A stretch of DNA of 64,000 bases, from positions 521,206 through 585,205 of the forward strand of contig JBAYJA010000001.1 in assembly GCA_041665345.1 (NCBI GenBank), read 5' to 3'. The translations under genes and the position numbers were made by a program. Below are positions 29,919 to 39,326 of this stretch, piece after piece. Position 1 is the first letter of the stretch, and every line of letters begins with the position of its first letter. This stretch comes from Patescibacteria group bacterium. Its GTDB lineage: Bacteria; Patescibacteriota; Patescibacteriia; PEXW01. The notes below the pieces were generated by a model. The model saw only the letters and a list, made by a program, of their open reading frames with translations, was not told the origin of the DNA and searched no databases.

Positions 29919-31655
29919 ATGAAGGTGCTCCTCCTCACCACTACCTTTCTCCCAGCCTACGGCGGCGTGGAGAAGTTTTTGGCCACGCTGTTTGGAGACC
30001 AAGCTGCTCTCCACGTTGATGTGCTCACCGAACCCGGGGCAGACGTGGTCCCCAAGTGGAAGCTTATTCGTCAGCCCTTGCTCACTGGGAAAATCCGCCC
30101 CCGCTGGCTGCAGACTCTGTGGCAGATTCCAAAGCTCGTTAGCGAGCAAAAGTACGACGTCATTGTGCTGGGCCACTACGCTCCATACCTCGCAGGCGCG
30201 TTCAATGCACGCAAGAAGTTTGGCACCAAAGTCGTGGTTATCACCCATGGGTACGATGTCCTGAGCTATGACACTGCTGGTGGCTTCCGCCGGTGGTGGT
30301 TGCGTCGTCACTTGCGGAGTGCAAACCTGGTGGTCGCCAATAGCCAGTTTACAAACGAGCACCTGAAGCGCTTGGGGGTGGCGGAAAGCCGCAGAACCGT
30401 CCTGACGCCTGGGGCAGAGATTCCCATTGACGTCCTGAGCAAAGCTGAGGCTCGGCAAAAATTACAACTACCTGCTGATAGCCAGGTGCTGCTCACCGTG
30501 GGCCGATTAGCGAACCGTAAAGGCCATACCCTGGCTGTCGACGCCGTGGCGCAGCTTGTGCAAACCTTTCCCAAGTTGCACTACCTTATTGTTGGCCGCG
30601 GGTCAGAAGAGGGGAGTATTCAGCAGCGGATTGCCAAGCACAAGCTGGAAGCGCAGGTACACGTCCTGAACAACGTAGAAGATACCAGCATTGTCTACGC
30701 TGCCGCTGATTTGTTCCTGTTCCCCAGTACCGAAGGCGGGCGGGGGAATGTGGAAGGTTTTGGCTTGGTGAGCGTGGAAGCGCAGATGCACGGGCTACCA
30801 GTCATTGCCAGCAACACCGGCGGCATTCCCGAAACCCTGGAAAAAGGTTTGACCGGCGAGTTGGTAGAACCCGGGGAAGCGGATGAAATTGCCAAAGCCG
30901 TGGAACCGCTGCTGGCTGATCCCTTGAAACTCCAACGTTACAGTGACCGCGCCCGGAAGTTTGCCGTTGAGCATTTCCAGTGGGAAACCCGCCGTACCCG
31001 GATTGTGGAACTACTCACTACTGTCACAAAAGTTCCCAAGGTGAAAGTGAGCGTAGTAATTCCAGCCTTTAACAGTGCCAAGACGCTTGCCACCACCCTC
31101 AACAACCTCAATGCCCAAACCTTGAAGCCAGCAGAGATTGTCGTTGTGGATGATGGTTCTACTGACGACACCTCCGAAATCGCGAAGAAGTTTGACGTGC
31201 AGCTTATCCGCCAGGAGAACAAAGGCGCCCCTGCCGCTCGGAATGCCGGGTTTGCCAAAACCACAGGGGACTTTGTGCTGTACTGTGATGCCGATGTGCA
31301 GCTGCAGCCAACCATGCTGGAAAATATGACTCGAGCCTTGCTCCTGCACCCTGAGGCCGGCTATGCCTACAGTGACTTCAAGTTTGGCTGGCATACGTTT
31401 GATTTGTTTGATTTTGATTCAGAGCGTTTGCAAAAAGCCAACTACATTTCCACCATGTCCTTGCTGCGGAGAGAGAACTGTATTGGCTTTGATGAGAGCT
31501 TGAAACGGTACCAGGACTGGGATTTGTGGAAGAGGTTGCTGGTGAAGGGTGTGAGGGGGATGTGGGTGCCTGGACGACTTTTTAATGCAGGCTTCGGAGG
31601 GATAAGCAAAGATTCTGTGAAGGATGTATGGAAACTCGCAAAGTCGAAAATGTAG
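29919..31655 (+). CDS. Fused GT4 + GT2 glycosyltransferase
   Basis: GGVE, VGRLANRKG, EGFGLVSVEA; then VSVVIPAFN, VDDGSTD, ARNAG, DAD, QDWDLW. Confidence 0.92.
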   Translation: MKVLLLTTTFLPAYGGVEKFLATLFGDQAALHVDVLTEPGADVVPKWKLIRQPLLTGKIRPRWLQTLWQIPKLVSEQKYDVIVLGHYAPYLAGAFNARKKFGTKVVVITHGYDVLSYDTAGGFRRWWLRRHLRSANLVVANSQFTNEHLKRLGVAESRRTVLTPGAEIPIDVLSKAEARQKLQLPADSQVLLTVGRLANRKGHTLAVDAVAQLVQTFPKLHYLIVGRGSEEGSIQQRIAKHKLEAQVHVLNNVEDTSIVYAAADLFLFPSTEGGRGNVEGFGLVSVEAQMHGLPVIASNTGGIPETLEKGLTGELVEPGEADEIAKAVEPLLADPLKLQRYSDRARKFAVEHFQWETRRTRIVELLTTVTKVPKVKVSVVIPAFNSAKTLATTLNNLNAQTLKPAEIVVVDDGSTDDTSEIAKKFDVQLIRQENKGAPAARNAGFAKTTGDFVLYCDADVQLQPTMLENMTRALLLHPEAGYAYSDFKFGWHTFDLFDFDSERLQKANYISTMSLLRRENCIGFDESLKRYQDWDLWKRLLVKGVRGMWVPGRLFNAGFGGISKDSVKDVWKLAKSKM

Positions 31656-31750
31656 TAAATTGGTATAGCCGATCGATTTTGCCTCGGAAAAGGAGAAGTG
31701 AGGGTAAAAAAATCCCATCGGGTGATGGGATGTAAATTCTGGGAGGTGTA

Positions 31751-32389
31751 TTAGACCCCCTGGGTCAATTTGTGTTGGTACCATGGAGCAATGTCGAGGT
31801 GCCACCCGAGCTCCTGGGTTGCTTTCCACAGGAGAAGCTCAATTGCGGCGAGGCGATCGTTCGGGTGTTCTTCGACGAGTAGCCTGACGGCTTTGACAAG
31901 GTTGAATGCAACCTTGTCGCAGGCATAGCGCTCGGTTTTGCCGAGGCACTCAATGAGCAGATCGAGATTGTCGAGGACCCCTATGAACCCAATGGACTCA
32001 CCAGTCATGGAATCACGGTAGTACTCGTATGCATCGTCAGAAACGGTACCATTCACATAGAGCCCTGGTATGACTGATTGGGGAGGAGCGTCACGCACGC
32101 CGTCAAGCGGGTAATAGCCGAGACCGCCCAAGCCGTTCTCGAGCTTATTGACGATATAGCCCGGTGAATTGCTCGGTCCCTCCGGTGTCATCAGCGCGAT
32201 TACCGCACGCATGATAAGTTCACACGCATTGTGCGGAGAATAGTCCTTGCCGCTTAATGCCAGGCAATACTGGACCGTTTCTGCGCGGGCTAAGAGATCG
32301 GAGCGGCTGATCGTGCCGTTAGTCGATGTGACGTATGCATGGGTCAACGGGATTTCCCCCGGCTTGATCCTAATGGAGATAGGGTTCAC
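31751..32389 (-). CDS. Hypothetical protein
   Basis: 212 aa; AGGAGG SD; TTGCCA-17-TAATCT promoter; terminator at ~31706-31731. Confidence 0.7.
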   Translation of the reverse strand: MNPISIRIKPGEIPLTHAYVTSTNGTISRSDLLARAETVQYCLALSGKDYSPHNACELIMRAVIALMTPEGPSNSPGYIVNKLENGLGGLGYYPLDGVRDAPPQSVIPGLYVNGTVSDDAYEYYRDSMTGESIGFIGVLDNLDLLIECLGKTERYACDKVAFNLVKAVRLLVEEHPNDRLAAIELLLWKATQELGWHLDIAPWYQHKLTQGV

Positions 32390-32508
32390 TTTTCCTCCTG
32401 GGAAGATGCTTTGTTTTGAGTTTTTGCTTTCGTAAAGATTACCTGTGATTTACACTTATGGCAAGGTCAGTAGTTGATTTTTGGCTAGGAAAGGGGGAGA
32501 ATGGGGGC

Positions 32509-32575
32509 ATGATCGAACTCAAGACCAAGAAAACCAAGGCATCAAGCAGCTCAAGAAAAAGCTCTATAGCAAAGT
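32509..32575 (+). pseudogene. Possible internally deleted DUF1801-gene remnant
   Basis: MIELKTKKTKAS resembles the N-terminus of the 41508 protein (MPEIKTKKNKGS). Confidence 0.35.
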
Positions 32576-32700
32576 CCGTCGAGGTCCGGTTGAGGGGAAG
32601 GCTGTGAGCAGGGATTGAGGTAGGAGAGGGTTGTTTTGGTTGGTTTTCGTCTCGCCGGCAGGCTTTGATTTATCGGCAGTATTTAGAGTAGACTAGCTTT

Positions 32701-34671
32701 ATGAAGATTACTTCTGTTTCAATATCTAATATCCTTAGTTTTCCTCATAAGGAAGCATTTTCTACTCCCACTATTACCTTTCAAGGCGAACGATCAGGAG
32801 GAAGTCAGCATATTTTGATTGGTCCAAACGGGTCGGGGAAAAGTAATTTTATTGAAATAATCAACCAGATTTTCCAAAGGGTTCTGTTTCAGCCTATTGT
32901 CTTTAATGAAAGCTCTCTAAATCAATTTAAAAGGACTGGTAATAAGAATGGCTTAGGGCAAACAATCCAGACACCACAAAAAAGCCCCACTAGTTATATT
33001 GAAAAAAATTATTATTCAACCCAGATGGATAAAAAAGTAATTATAGAGATTGAACTAAGCGATAAAGACCAGGAAAACATAATCTTTCTTGGACACAATA
33101 TTGAACAAATAAATGAAATGATTGATAGGTATGGAAGTTCAGGCACTCCGGTGATTCATAAATTCTCAACCAGTTTTGATTTAAACGAACTTGCCAAAAT
33201 TCACAAGTTAGAGTTAACAATTGAAGATAATTCACCGACAAATACCTATACTGTAAACGTAAATGGAAATACCCCAGAAAAGCAGCTTGCGAGTGAATAC
33301 CTTCAATTTTTTAAACTTTTAAAAAGGCTTATATATATTCATAACAGTTATGAGATAGGAGAGCGGGGAACTTCTTGGAAAGAAATAAACGAAAATTTCG
33401 TTTTGCTCGGAAGCTACAGGAATTACCATAGCTTTAATGAATCAGTCGATGTTAATCCTGATCCCGAGGCTCAATTTAGGGCATTGGATGAGAGGCGATT
33501 AAATGAAAATACTAAGAGTGGTGACAATAACGAACCAGCTGTCATGGAACTTGTTCGCCGAAAAGTAGCAAATGAATACCATCGTTTAATACATAATCCG
33601 GAAGCAACTGTTAAAAAAGCACCCGAGTTAATAAAAAGCTTCCCATTGCTAAAGAAAATTAATGAAAAGTTAAATTCTTTTTTAGGTATAACCCTAGAAA
33701 TCACTGATCCAGAATATAGGGATTTAAGCTATGAAATGTTTTTTTCCGACAATAACGCAGGTGGTCAAAGGGTGAATTTCTCCGGTTTAAGTTCAGGCCA
33801 AAAAAGTATAGTACACCTTATTTTTACTTTGTTTGGATACGATCTTGATAACGGTTCTATAATAATTGATGAGCCAGAACTTCATTTGCATCCTCAAATG
33901 CAACAAAAGTACTTAAAACTTATTAAAGAATTAAAGGAAGAAAAGAACATACAATTTGTTATCGCTACTCACTCCCCAATTTTTGTAAATTCTGAAACTA
34001 TTAAGGACACATATCGATTTTTTATGGACCAGAAAGAGACAAAAATTATTAATCCAAAGATCACGAGTTCAGAATATGAACTAATCAAAATTCTGGATTA
34101 TACAAATTCTTCAAAGATCTTTTTCTCTGAAAAAGCAATTCTAGTCGAAGGCGAGTCTGACGAGTTTTTTTATAGGTACTTCATTGAAGAATATCTGAAA
34201 ACAGAATTCCCATCTCTACAAAGTCAACAGTTAAAAACTTATGAAGTTTTTAATATTAGTGGGAAAGGAAGTAGTAAAAGATGGAGAAAGTTTTTAGAAG
34301 ATTTTAAAGTCGATGTCTCTTTTGTGGCAGATTGGGACAATATCGCTAACTTTAAAATTGAAAATGTACAAGAAATGGCGAATCTTACAAGCAAGACTCA
34401 AACTGATTATTGCGGAATAACTGAAGAATTGATCAAGAATCATAACGTAAAGTTTAGTGAGATTTCGTCAGCTATTGATAGCCTCAAAGCGTCTAAGAAT
34501 TACATATTAAAATTAGGGTCCCTTGAGTGTTACCTAGGGTTGTCAGGAAAGGAAAAAGTGGAAGAAGTCATTGATTTTTGTCATACAAGATTTTTAAGCT
34601 GGAAAATAGAACCCGTCTATGAGAACAAACGGCTTGAATTAGAAAATATTTTTAAAGGCATACTAGTATAA
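32701..34671 (+). CDS. OLD-family ATP-dependent endonuclease (ABC ATPase + TOPRIM)
   Basis: GPNGSGKSN, LSSGQ, IIDEPELHLHP, ATHSP, LVEGESD, DWD, LECYL; markedly AT-rich. Confidence 0.88.
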   Translation: MKITSVSISNILSFPHKEAFSTPTITFQGERSGGSQHILIGPNGSGKSNFIEIINQIFQRVLFQPIVFNESSLNQFKRTGNKNGLGQTIQTPQKSPTSYIEKNYYSTQMDKKVIIEIELSDKDQENIIFLGHNIEQINEMIDRYGSSGTPVIHKFSTSFDLNELAKIHKLELTIEDNSPTNTYTVNVNGNTPEKQLASEYLQFFKLLKRLIYIHNSYEIGERGTSWKEINENFVLLGSYRNYHSFNESVDVNPDPEAQFRALDERRLNENTKSGDNNEPAVMELVRRKVANEYHRLIHNPEATVKKAPELIKSFPLLKKINEKLNSFLGITLEITDPEYRDLSYEMFFSDNNAGGQRVNFSGLSSGQKSIVHLIFTLFGYDLDNGSIIIDEPELHLHPQMQQKYLKLIKELKEEKNIQFVIATHSPIFVNSETIKDTYRFFMDQKETKIINPKITSSEYELIKILDYTNSSKIFFSEKAILVEGESDEFFYRYFIEEYLKTEFPSLQSQQLKTYEVFNISGKGSSKRWRKFLEDFKVDVSFVADWDNIANFKIENVQEMANLTSKTQTDYCGITEELIKNHNVKFSEISSAIDSLKASKNYILKLGSLECYLGLSGKEKVEEVIDFCHTRFLSWKIEPVYENKRLELENIFKGILV

Positions 34672-34710
34672 AAAAATCTAGGCTCATGCCCAAAACCCCA
34701 CTTCAACCCC

Positions 34711-35112
34711 ATGAAATATCCCCTCACAATCATCGCCATCATCACTCTTCTCCTGACCGCCACGGCATGCACAAAGAATACTCCAACGACTAACACGCCG
34801 GTTGTGGTCAATACTATAGTGAATCAAGGCACCGCACCTACCGAATCCGGATGTCCGCAAGAAGGGCATATTAAATCTCCGGCCAGCACAAACGCGGCGA
34901 CGATTACATTTGATAACCAAACTGGCGCTGACCTGAAAGTTTACTGGCTCGACTTTAACGGGGCGCGGAAGTTTTATACCGACGTGAAAGCGCATAGCAA
35001 AAAAGACCAAGCCACCTGGGTCGGACATGTATGGGTCGTGGCTGATGGTGCCGGACAATGCGTCAAGCTTCATTCCGCCAACGCCGTCGCTCAAACGCTC
35101 GTGATTGATTAA
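34711..35112 (+). CDS. Lipoprotein with VHL beta domain
   Basis: Signal ending LLTATAC, Thr/Asn linker, FDNQT..LKVYWLDFNGARKFY...QATWVGHVWVV. Confidence 0.75.
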   Translation: MKYPLTIIAIITLLLTATACTKNTPTTNTPVVVNTIVNQGTAPTESGCPQEGHIKSPASTNAATITFDNQTGADLKVYWLDFNGARKFYTDVKAHSKKDQATWVGHVWVVADGAGQCVKLHSANAVAQTLVID

Positions 35113-35148
35113 GAAGGCTCAGCTTTACATTGCTTAACAACCAACTGT

Positions 35149-35763
35149 ATGCGTAAAATAGTCACAACGACATTCATTACCCTTGATGGGGTCATGCAAG
35201 CGCCGGGCGGCCCAGATGAGGATAAAGCCAGTGGGTTTGCGTTTGGTGGATGGCAAGCGCCGTTCGTGGATGGTGAGCTCATGAAGACTATGGGCGAATG
35301 GCTGGGGCAGCCGTTCGAACTGCTCCTTGGCCGAAAAACCTACGATATCTTCGCAGCGTACTGGCCCTCGAATACGAGTGTGCCGGTTGTGGCCGAGCCA
35401 TTCAATGCAACCAGAAAGTACGTCGTTTCACACAATCCTGATTTCAAGCCCACGTGGAATAATTCCGTGGTGGTGTCTGGCGATGTTGCAGCCGAAATTG
35501 CAAAACTCAAAGCCATGGAGGGCAAGGATCTTTGGGTGCATGGCAGTGGGAGCCTTATTCAGACCTTGCTTAAGCACCAGTTGATCGATCGGATGCACCT
35601 CTGGATCCATCCACTGACCATTGGCTCTGGCAAGAAATTGTTCGAACAGGGAACCCAGCCGGCGACGTGGAAACTGGTTGAGGCAAAGATTGGGACCTCG
35701 GGGATAATCTTAGCCACCTATGAGCCTGCCGGGCCGCTGGAAACGGGGACCGTGGGGACATAA
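35149..35763 (+). CDS. Dihydrofolate reductase/RibD C-terminal family protein
   Basis: FITLDGVMQAPGG, LLGRKTY, KYVVS, HGSGSL, IGSGKKLF. Confidence 0.92.
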   Translation: MRKIVTTTFITLDGVMQAPGGPDEDKASGFAFGGWQAPFVDGELMKTMGEWLGQPFELLLGRKTYDIFAAYWPSNTSVPVVAEPFNATRKYVVSHNPDFKPTWNNSVVVSGDVAAEIAKLKAMEGKDLWVHGSGSLIQTLLKHQLIDRMHLWIHPLTIGSGKKLFEQGTQPATWKLVEAKIGTSGIILATYEPAGPLETGTVGT

Positions 35764-35776
35764 ACATTCACTTTTT

Positions 35777-35850
35777 TGGCTGATGGTGCCGGACAATGCG
35801 TCAAACTCCATTCAGCCAACGCCGTTAGCCAAACGCTGGTGATTAATTAG
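35777..35850 (+). repeat. Diverged direct copy of the VHL gene 3' end (35039-35112)
   Basis: TGGCTGATGGTGCCGGACAATGCGTCAA identical, then mostly synonymous differences up to the stop. Confidence 0.9.
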
Positions 35851-35875
35851 CAAGCTTAATTGGTTATTAACGCCT

Positions 35876-36370
35876 ATGAAAAAAACAATTTGTTTCCTCA
35901 GCACCGTGCTATTTGCCCTTCTCCTCTCCGGCTGTACGTCTGGCAGCACAACGAACACGACAAATACTACTGGTGTGGTGAATACCATAAATCAGGCCGT
36001 GGCGACAGCGAATGAGAACAGTAATGCAAGTGTCGCAAGCGATACAGATAAAGTATGTGGCTGGGTAAATAAATCTGATGTGATTATGAAGCTCAACTTT
36101 GCCGATGGTGTGGCAAAAGATACTTCGTACGAAGCAGGGTTTTATTTGTCAGAAATAAATCTCTTTGCCCGGCTCGCCCGCAAGGAGTGTGATTACCGGA
36201 CTGGTTTCAGCTACGAAGAGCTGAAGGGGAAGGGCGCAGTTCAGCTGGGCGTGCGGGGGTATACGGATAGCAATCGGCGCCAGCTGGCAAACGAGCCGCT
36301 CAGTGTTGTCATCGGTGCTGATGGCCATCCCAATATTGGGTCTGCTATCGAAGTAACGGTTTTGGATTAA
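35876..36370 (+). CDS. Putative lipoprotein
   Basis: LLSGC lipobox, Thr/Asn-rich linker. Confidence 0.8.
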   Translation: MKKTICFLSTVLFALLLSGCTSGSTTNTTNTTGVVNTINQAVATANENSNASVASDTDKVCGWVNKSDVIMKLNFADGVAKDTSYEAGFYLSEINLFARLARKECDYRTGFSYEELKGKGAVQLGVRGYTDSNRRQLANEPLSVVIGADGHPNIGSAIEVTVLD

Positions 36371-36531
36371 TGAAAAGAATAACCCTCTCCATCCTCGCAA
36401 TACTGCTCGGAGTATTTCTCTTTATCTACGGCGGAGCTGATGATAGTCCTGGCGCCCAAGGACTTGGGCTGCTCCTGGTGCTTTTTGGGGTATACTGGTT
36501 CTGGAAGATGAAGAAGAAAAAGGCTGTCTAA
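36370..36531 (+). CDS. Small two-TM membrane protein (not in ORF track)
   Basis: MKRITLSILAILLGVFLFIYGGADDSPGAQGLGLLLVLFGVYWFWKMKKKKAV; TAATG coupling to the upstream gene. Confidence 0.75.
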   Translation: MKRITLSILAILLGVFLFIYGGADDSPGAQGLGLLLVLFGVYWFWKMKKKKAV

Positions 36532-36627
36532 CATTCCCCGTTTGTATGTAATCCGTTTTACTCAATAAAAAGCACCCCGTTGAAAAACTCAACGGGGGCT
36601 GAAATGTGCTGATTTGACCGAAGTGGC

Positions 36628-37086
36628 TTACTTATTCAAAAAGTCAAACAGAGCTTTCTGGGAGGGAGTCAGGTCTTCGACGAGTATCATTTCTTCATCC
36701 CATTTGGTCTTTCCTGGGCGAATGAATGAAAGGTAAATCCTTTTTACTCGCTCGCAATAAACAGTATGACCAACTCTTCCTGCCGCATCAACAAGATCGT
36801 CGGTGTCTTCGTAGTCTTCCGTTACGAGTCTATTCGTGGCTCCAGATACCGTGCCAATGATCAGACTCGCTTCCTTGTCTTTGCATGAATCCGGTACTTC
36901 GGTTGAGTAGATCACTTTGACTTCGGCGCTTTCCATTCGTGCCGCCTGCAGAAGATTGACCAACGTGATGTTGTCAGTGGATTCAGCTTTCGCCTCTCCT
37001 TCAGAACTCCCGCTGCAGCCAACTAGCGAAATGCTTGCGAACATTGCGGCGAAAAGCAGGGTCAGTAGAATTGTACTCTTTTTCAA
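36628..37086 (-). CDS. Putative lipoprotein
   Basis: SLVGC lipobox; AGGAGG SD; TTGACA-16-TATTGT promoter. Confidence 0.75.
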   Translation of the reverse strand: MKKSTILLTLLFAAMFASISLVGCSGSSEGEAKAESTDNITLVNLLQAARMESAEVKVIYSTEVPDSCKDKEASLIIGTVSGATNRLVTEDYEDTDDLVDAAGRVGHTVYCERVKRIYLSFIRPGKTKWDEEMILVEDLTPSQKALFDFLNK

Positions 37087-37268
37087 GGTGCCTCCTAGAT
37101 ATTAGGTGTTGGTGCTTGGTTTCTTCGTTTCGTAATCAAAAACAATAGCACAAATTGATTATTTGTCAATAGCATTAGGGAAAGGGTTGACCGTTAGCAC
37201 CAATAACGAAGTTTTCAATTCGCACGGGAGGGGAAGGTGACAAGAGAGAGCCGGTATGCTATAGCTAC

Positions 37269-37628
37269 ATGCACACTATGGCGCAAATTCAACTACTAAC
37301 GACAGCACTGACGAAAGCCGAGTTGCAAGAAATTGCAAACGAACGTTTTGGTGATATGGTGAAAGGTGTTGTGGACGTTGCGCAGGGGCTTTTGGCACTT
37401 GGCGGAGAGCTCCATGCGGATATTGAAGCGTTTCTCCTGGATCATGGCTCCGTGCAGGCAAATTTGTGGGGCATAAACCTCTACCCATCAATGGATTTCC
37501 CGGGTATGGTTGAATTCGATTCAATGATCAATATTCGTCCCAGCCAAGGAAATTCGTCCCGCGGGGTTGAAAATGAGGATCTCCAGAAAAAGATTCTGGC
37601 AGTTGTACAGAAGCACCTTGTCCAATGA
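37269..37628 (+). CDS. DUF5674-like protein
   Basis: MVKGVVDV, GGELHAD, LWGINLYP, EFDSMINIRP. Confidence 0.8.
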   Translation: MHTMAQIQLLTTALTKAELQEIANERFGDMVKGVVDVAQGLLALGGELHADIEAFLLDHGSVQANLWGINLYPSMDFPGMVEFDSMINIRPSQGNSSRGVENEDLQKKILAVVQKHLVQ

Positions 37629-37948
37629 GCCAAGCACAGCATCATGACCTGGCGCAGGGACGGTGGCAAAATATGACTTTAGCCGAACAGCTTGGGAACG
37701 TTGGAAGTGAGTACAGCCGAGCACGAAAGTGGAAGGAGCAGGGGAACGAACAGTTTTTTGGTAAAGCTTTTTCTCGGCTCCTTGAGCTTCTGGATTTGAC
37801 GATTACTGATAACCGCTGGCACGGACCACGTCGCCGCGAACTCACTCGGGTGCGTAGTGGGGTATGCGAAGAGCTCCTGGGGAGAGAAGCAGCAGGAATG
37901 AGCTTCAACAAGTACTTTGATGTCATGGCTGTAGCGGCGCGAAGGTAG
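37625..37948 (+). CDS. Conserved helical hypothetical protein
   Basis: EQLGNVGSEYSRA, LELLDLT, RELTRVR; coupled to the DUF5674 gene. Confidence 0.75.
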   Translation: MSQAQHHDLAQGRWQNMTLAEQLGNVGSEYSRARKWKEQGNEQFFGKAFSRLLELLDLTITDNRWHGPRRRELTRVRSGVCEELLGREAAGMSFNKYFDVMAVAARR

Positions 37949-37977
37949 AATCTTCGCGTTGTTTCAGAGTAATCACT

Positions 37978-38289
37978 ATGACCAAACCAAAAATCTCCGG
38001 CGGTGTCGCCCACAAAATGCCCTTGGATTTGCAGAAAGCTCTGCTTGCTGACAAAGCTGCTTTGCATTTGTGGGAAGACATTACCCCGCTGGCCCGGAAT
38101 GAGTGGATTTGCTGGGTGGAATTTGTGAAGTCACCAGAGAAGCGGAAGGAGCATATTGTACGTGTGGTTTCCGAGCTTAAAGAGGGGATGCGCCGACCGT
38201 GCTGTTGGATTGGGTGTACGCACCGGAAAGATAAAAAAATAAGCCCATCAGTCAAAGGGATACTTTTGAAACGGGGATATAAAGTTTAG
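37978..38289 (+). CDS. YdeI/OmpD-associated family protein
   Basis: WEDITPLARNEWICWV...RRPCCWIGC. Confidence 0.8.
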   Translation: MTKPKISGGVAHKMPLDLQKALLADKAALHLWEDITPLARNEWICWVEFVKSPEKRKEHIVRVVSELKEGMRRPCCWIGCTHRKDKKISPSVKGILLKRGYKV

Positions 38290-38296
38290 GGGTATA

Positions 38297-38579
38297 CCCC
38301 CACACCAAATTATGTTTTATCTTTATATCTTAAAAAGTCACAAGGATAATAAGCTGTATATTGGATCAACGAATGACCTTCGACGACGCTTTAAGGAGCA
38401 CAATGAAGGTAAAGTCTTTTCGACGAAAAGCAGACGACCATTTGAGATCGTATACTATGAGGCATATAAGGCCGAAAAAGACGCGCGTCATAGAGAGGTA
38501 AATGTAAAATTACGTAGTCGTGCCTTTACGCAATTGAAGAAGCGAATTGGAAATAGTCTAGAGTAATTTGGTGTGGGGG
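38297..38579. mobile_element. Putative minimal element: GIY-YIG ORF bounded by perfect 16-bp inverted repeats
   Basis: CCCCCACACCAAATTA (38297-38312) and TAATTTGGTGTGGGGG (38564-38579). Confidence 0.6.
38312..38566 (+). CDS. GIY-YIG endonuclease
   Basis: FYLYIL...LYIGSTNDLRRRFKEHN...YYEAY...ARHRE. Confidence 0.92.
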   Translation: MFYLYILKSHKDNKLYIGSTNDLRRRFKEHNEGKVFSTKSRRPFEIVYYEAYKAEKDARHREVNVKLRSRAFTQLKKRIGNSLE

Positions 38580-38771
38580 CAAGCAGAAGTGGATTCTTGG
38601 GAAAAAGAAGTAATAAAGTTGCGGTGGAGAATAATAACCCCACTGAAATAGACAGGGTATATTTTGATTCCTAGGGGGCGTGTTCATTTTACCTGCACGC
38701 TTGACATTCTTTACTTTCCATGATAGTGTAGTAGATCAAAAATACATTACATTGAAATAATTGGAGGTTTT

Positions 38772-39119
38772 ATGTTCGGATCAATGCGCTACCCGGAGGG
38801 ACTACATAAGCCCGAACGAGGTGGGGAAGTGGATTGGCATGTCTGGTGCAACACAGGCGCACAAGAGATTCTTCGGACAGAAGAGTATGCGGAGAAAATT
38901 TCTGCAAATCCTGCCTATAAGTGGGTAGTAAGTTTTGCCAATGCTTCTGCTGCACGCATTTTTCCCGGCCATCCAATGTGGGAATTGCTGACAAGCATAG
39001 CCAAAACGTACAAAGTGGAAGTATTTCAACTCACTTTGGAGGGCGGGTATGTTCCTTGGCACGGAGGATCTGGTGATCTCCGCGAGTTTGATGGGATTAA
39101 AATTAGTGCGCTCGGCTAG
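38772..39119 (+). CDS. Hypothetical protein
   Basis: TTGACA-17-TAGTGT (38701-38729), GGAGG SD, terminator at ~39138-39164. Confidence 0.7.
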   Translation: MFGSMRYPEGLHKPERGGEVDWHVWCNTGAQEILRTEEYAEKISANPAYKWVVSFANASAARIFPGHPMWELLTSIAKTYKVEVFQLTLEGGYVPWHGGSGDLREFDGIKISALG

Positions 39120-39326
39120 CACATTGCAAGAGGTACAAAGGCACAACTACGGTTGTGCCTTTTTGCATATTTTTAGACATCTGGTACGCTAATACACATT
39201 GGATCCATACTCTTGCCCTGCCCTTGGGATGCGTAAAAAAGAGTCCAATTTCTACTCAACAAGGGCCCCAATCATCCAACTAGTCAGGTCGAGTGGATGA
39301 TCTTCGCTCACTAACTCTACCCACAT

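Noticed and set aside
32701-35112. Complete Gabija system
   Set aside because: No UvrD-like GajB gene follows the OLD nuclease
35039-35850. DGR template/variable repeat pair
   Set aside because: Differences are not adenine-specific and are mostly synonymous; there is no reverse transcriptase in the window
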